From: Candidatus Fervidifonticultor quintus
GTDB lineage: Bacteria > Sysuimicrobiota > Sysuimicrobiia > Sysuimicrobiales > Humicultoraceae
Direction of reading: 5' to 3'
DNA length: 34,586 bases
NCBI GenBank assembly: GCA_031459535.1
Contig: JAVKIJ010000032.1
Coordinates: 1-34,586, forward strand
In this document: one piece after another, positions 31,562 to 34,586 of the stretch
Position numbering within the stretch: the stretch's first letter is position 1
How the letters are laid out: each line of letters begins with the position of its first letter
Made by a program: the position numbers and the translations under genes
Notes under the pieces: model-generated
Database searches by the model: none
What the model saw: the letters and a program-made list of their open reading frames with translations, nothing else
What the model was told of the DNA's origin: nothing

Positions 31562-33445
31562 GTGATCGTCAATAACCTCAAACTGCTCGTGGGAGGAGTC
31601 CAGCTCCGCGACGGGGTCACCACCATCACGGACATCCTGGGCAAGATGTTCGTGCGGGCTGGGCTGCATATCCTGGCCATGGAAAAGGGGTACGCCTCCA
31701 CCATCTACGGAGCCCATCAGTACGACCCCGTGGTGATCTCGGCGGAGCCGCCGCTGGCGTGGGGCGATGATCGGACGGACATCCTGGTGGCCCTCGAGTT
31801 CGACTCCAACCCTGATGTCTCCATCCAGCCCAACCGAGACACCATCCTGCGTCACGGCAAGAACCTCAAAGACGGCGGCGTCCTGCTCTACGACAGCAGC
31901 ACCGGGACCGTGGACACCAGCGAGCTGGCGGCGCGGGGGATCAAGGTCTTCCCGCTGGCCGCACGGCAGATCGCCCTGCGCGATCTCAAGCGCGAGGTCG
32001 TGAAGAACACGGTGGTGACCGGCGCGTTGCTGCGGTTGCTGGACTTCGATCCCGATTACCGGTTGTTCGGCCAGTATCTGGAGGAACGCTTCGCCAAGCG
32101 TGGCCGCGAGATCGTGGAGTTGAACCTCGAAGCCGCCCGGCGCGGCCGGGCCGTGATCGAGGAGATCATGCGGGCCAACCGATGGACCGACGTGGGCTAC
32201 AGGCTCGAGGCGCGCAGGGTGGACCAGCCAGCGATGCTGGTCAACGGCAACGAAGCCCTCTCCATGGGCGCAGTCCTGGCAGGCTGCCGGTTCTACGCCG
32301 CCTACCCCATCACTCCGGCCTCGTCCATCCTGGAGTTCATGGAAGAGCACCTGCCCCGGTACGGCGGGCGGACGATCCAGGGGCAGAACGAGCGCGAATC
32401 CATCCGCGCCGCCATCGGCGCCAGCGTGGCGGGCGTGCGGGCCGCGGTCGGCTCGTCGGGGCCGGGAATTTCGCTCAAGGTTGAGGAGTTCGGCGTCGCC
32501 GGGATGAACGAAGTGCCGGTGGTCGTCATCAACACCCAGCGCGCCGGGCCGTCCACCGGCATGCCGACCAAGAGCGAGCAGGGCGATCTGCAACAGGCCG
32601 TGCACGCCGCTCATGGGGACATCCCGAGGATTGTACTGGCCGCGGGCACCGTGGAGGAGTGCTACACCCTGGCATTCGAGGCGTTCGACCTGGCCGATAA
32701 GTACCAGTGCCCGGTGTTCCTGCTCTCCGACCTGTCGCTGGCCGACGGCCGCAAGGACCTCCCGGTGGATTTCTTCGCGCAGAACCGCAGGCCGGTCGTC
32801 CGGCGCGGCTTACTGCGGGAGGCTGACCTCAAGGGAGATCGCTACTACCGCTACCACATCACCGAGACGGGGATCTCGCCACGCAACGTCCCGGGCGTAC
32901 CTGGCGCGGTGTTCAAGATGAGCGGCTCGGAGCACGATGAGGCCGGCATGGTCACCACCGATCCACCCAAGCGCAAGGCCATGTACGAGAAGCGCATGCG
33001 GAAGATGGAGACCTACCTCAAAGAGGACGTCAAGCCCCCGCAGGTCTTCGGGACGCCAGACGGTGTGCCGCTGCTGGTCTGCTGGGGCTCCACGAAACTG
33101 GCAGTCCTGGACGCCCAACGGCGACTCCGGGAGGAAGGCACCGAGACCTGCGTGATCCATCTGACCCACCTGTGGCCGCTTCCGGTCCACCTGGTGCGAC
33201 CGCTGCTCCAACGGGGGACGGCGGTCATCGTCGTGGAGGGCAACTTCTCAGGACAGCTCGCAGACCTGATCCAACAGGAATGTCTGGTGGAGACCAAGCG
33301 TATCCTCAAGTACAACGGACGGCCGTTCTACACATCGGACATCGTGGGCGGCGTGCGGCAGGTGTTGGTCAACGGGGCCCGCGTCGTCAGGGTGGGCGAG
33401 GAGGCACCGGCTGTTGTGCTGGAGACCGTTCCGGAGGGGGACTGA
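31562..33445 (+). CDS. 2-oxoacid:ferredoxin oxidoreductase alpha subunit (with N-terminal gamma-type domain)
   Basis: GNEALSMG, YAAYPITPAS, SSGPGISL, QRAGPSTGMPTKSEQGDL, SEHDEAG, WGST, VVEGNFSGQLA. Confidence 0.93.
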   Translation: MIVNNLKLLVGGVQLRDGVTTITDILGKMFVRAGLHILAMEKGYASTIYGAHQYDPVVISAEPPLAWGDDRTDILVALEFDSNPDVSIQPNRDTILRHGKNLKDGGVLLYDSSTGTVDTSELAARGIKVFPLAARQIALRDLKREVVKNTVVTGALLRLLDFDPDYRLFGQYLEERFAKRGREIVELNLEAARRGRAVIEEIMRANRWTDVGYRLEARRVDQPAMLVNGNEALSMGAVLAGCRFYAAYPITPASSILEFMEEHLPRYGGRTIQGQNERESIRAAIGASVAGVRAAVGSSGPGISLKVEEFGVAGMNEVPVVVINTQRAGPSTGMPTKSEQGDLQQAVHAAHGDIPRIVLAAGTVEECYTLAFEAFDLADKYQCPVFLLSDLSLADGRKDLPVDFFAQNRRPVVRRGLLREADLKGDRYYRYHITETGISPRNVPGVPGAVFKMSGSEHDEAGMVTTDPPKRKAMYEKRMRKMETYLKEDVKPPQVFGTPDGVPLLVCWGSTKLAVLDAQRRLREEGTETCVIHLTHLWPLPVHLVRPLLQRGTAVIVVEGNFSGQLADLIQQECLVETKRILKYNGRPFYTSDIVGGVRQVLVNGARVVRVGEEAPAVVLETVPEGD

Positions 33446-33448
33446 CCG

Positions 33449-34321
33449 GTGAGTACGGCACCTGCGGCCATCTCGGCTAAGATCTGGGACCAGAACGCCA
33501 CGCCCAGGCACCGGATCCAGTGGTGCCCGGGTTGCGGTGACTTCGGTGTGCTGGCGGCCCTCAAGATGGCCTTTGTGAAGCTGGAGCTGCTCCCGCACGA
33601 CGTGCTCATGTTCGGCGGCATCGGGTGCTCGGGCCAGATCCGCAACTACCTCAATGGCAACGGATTCCACGGCACCCACGGCGGCCCGCTGGCCTACGCG
33701 CTGGGCGCGGCGATGAGCAACCCCGACCTGACGGTGGTGGCGCTGGCGGGCGACGGCGACACCCTGGCCATCGGCATGGAGAACTTCATCCATGCCTGTC
33801 GGCGCGATCCCGATGTGGCCCTGATCGTCATGAACAACGGCGTCTACGGGCTGACGAAGGGGCAGAATTCGCCTACGACCGGGCTCGGACAGGGCCTGGC
33901 AGTCTACACCGAGGAGCACCCCCCGCACGTGGATCCCGTGCGCTTGGCCATCGCCTCAGGCGCCACGTTCGCCGCGCAGTCCTTTTCCGGGAATCCAAAG
34001 CACTGCGCCGAGATCTATGTGGAGGCCATCAGGCACAAGGGGTTTGCTCTGGTCAACGACTTCTCACCGTGCGTGACGTACAACAAGTTCAACACCTACG
34101 ACTGGTACAAGGAGCACGTAGAGGAAATCCCCAAGGACTACGATCCCTCGGACAGGCGCGCGGCATGGCAGTTGCTCGACGATTTCGACAGCCGGGGCAA
34201 GCTGCCGCTCGGCGTGATCTACCGCGCACCCAGGACGAAGCAGGAGTCCAGGCGCCTGCCCATCTGGGACGAGGAGTTTGCGGACGTCGACCCGACCCCG
34301 ATGTTCAAGCCGTTCATGTAG
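33449..34321 (+). CDS. 2-oxoacid:ferredoxin oxidoreductase beta subunit (TPP-binding)
   Basis: [18 protein letters not shown]...[23 protein letters not shown]. Confidence 0.94.
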   Translation: MSTAPAAISAKIWDQNATPRHRIQWCPGCGDFGVLAALKMAFVKLELLPHDVLMFGGIGCSGQIRNYLNGNGFHGTHGGPLAYALGAAMSNPDLTVVALAGDGDTLAIGMENFIHACRRDPDVALIVMNNGVYGLTKGQNSPTTGLGQGLAVYTEEHPPHVDPVRLAIASGATFAAQSFSGNPKHCAEIYVEAIRHKGFALVNDFSPCVTYNKFNTYDWYKEHVEEIPKDYDPSDRRAAWQLLDDFDSRGKLPLGVIYRAPRTKQESRRLPIWDEEFADVDPTPMFKPFM

Positions 34322-34586
34322 CTCGCCCCGCCGCGGCCGCGCCGTCGGTCCGTGAAGCCCTCTCCGCCTCGGCCAGGACGCGCCGGAGCGTCTTGCCGAT
34401 GAGCGACTTGGGCAGGCTTTCTCGGAACTGGATCTCCCGCGGGACTTTGAACGGCGCCAGATTCGCCCGACAGTGGTCGAGCAGATCGCTGGCGGTCGCC
34501 TGTGCACCGGGCCGGAGCACGACGAACGCCTTGCCAACCTCGCCCCGGTGGGGATCGGGCACGCCGATCACCGCGCCCTCGAGGAC
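34314..34586 (-). CDS. Acyl-CoA ligase (FadD-like) C-terminus, 5' partial
   Basis: [43 protein letters not shown] (A10 lysine motif). Confidence 0.9.
   Translation of the reverse strand, partial: VLEGAVIGVPDPHRGEVGKAFVVLRPGAQATASDLLDHCRANLAPFKVPREIQFRESLPKSLIGKTLRRVLAEAERASRTDGAAAAGRAT

Overview
High-GC bacterial chromosomal window with mostly transport and central-metabolism genes. It opens with the 3' end of an IS3-family element (right inverted repeat ends at 385). Directly downstream is a gene the ORF track splits: an exported TlpA/redoxin-type thioredoxin-fold protein whose catalytic motif reads W-TGA-P-T-C (UxxC, probable selenocysteine), with a SECIS-like hairpin and a +1 frameshift in a G6 run after the signal peptide. 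Then follow a dppABC-like peptide ABC operon lacking ATPases, acnA, a PgtC/FbpABC-like ABC operon ending in a Spy/CpxP-like gene, proC under a proline-specifier T-box riboswitch, an orphan DoeA/EutD-like M24 hydrolase, a CPA2 antiporter preceded by an internally deleted MBL-hydrolase remnant, a sugar ABC operon with a Tat-exported binding protein, an SplB/Rv2578c-like radical SAM gene with a perfect CGAAC-N4-GTTCG LexA box in its promoter, a DinB-family gene, acyl-CoA ligase + MFS, a liv-type ABC operon, a 2-oxoacid:ferredoxin oxidoreductase alpha/beta pair and the 3' end of a second acyl-CoA ligase. No CRISPR, tRNA or rRNA was seen. The T-box, Gram-positive-type SOS box and high GC suggest a Terrabacteria lineage (e.g. 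Armatimonadota/CSP1-3-like); this is inference only. All family calls are from motif recognition by eye, not database searches.
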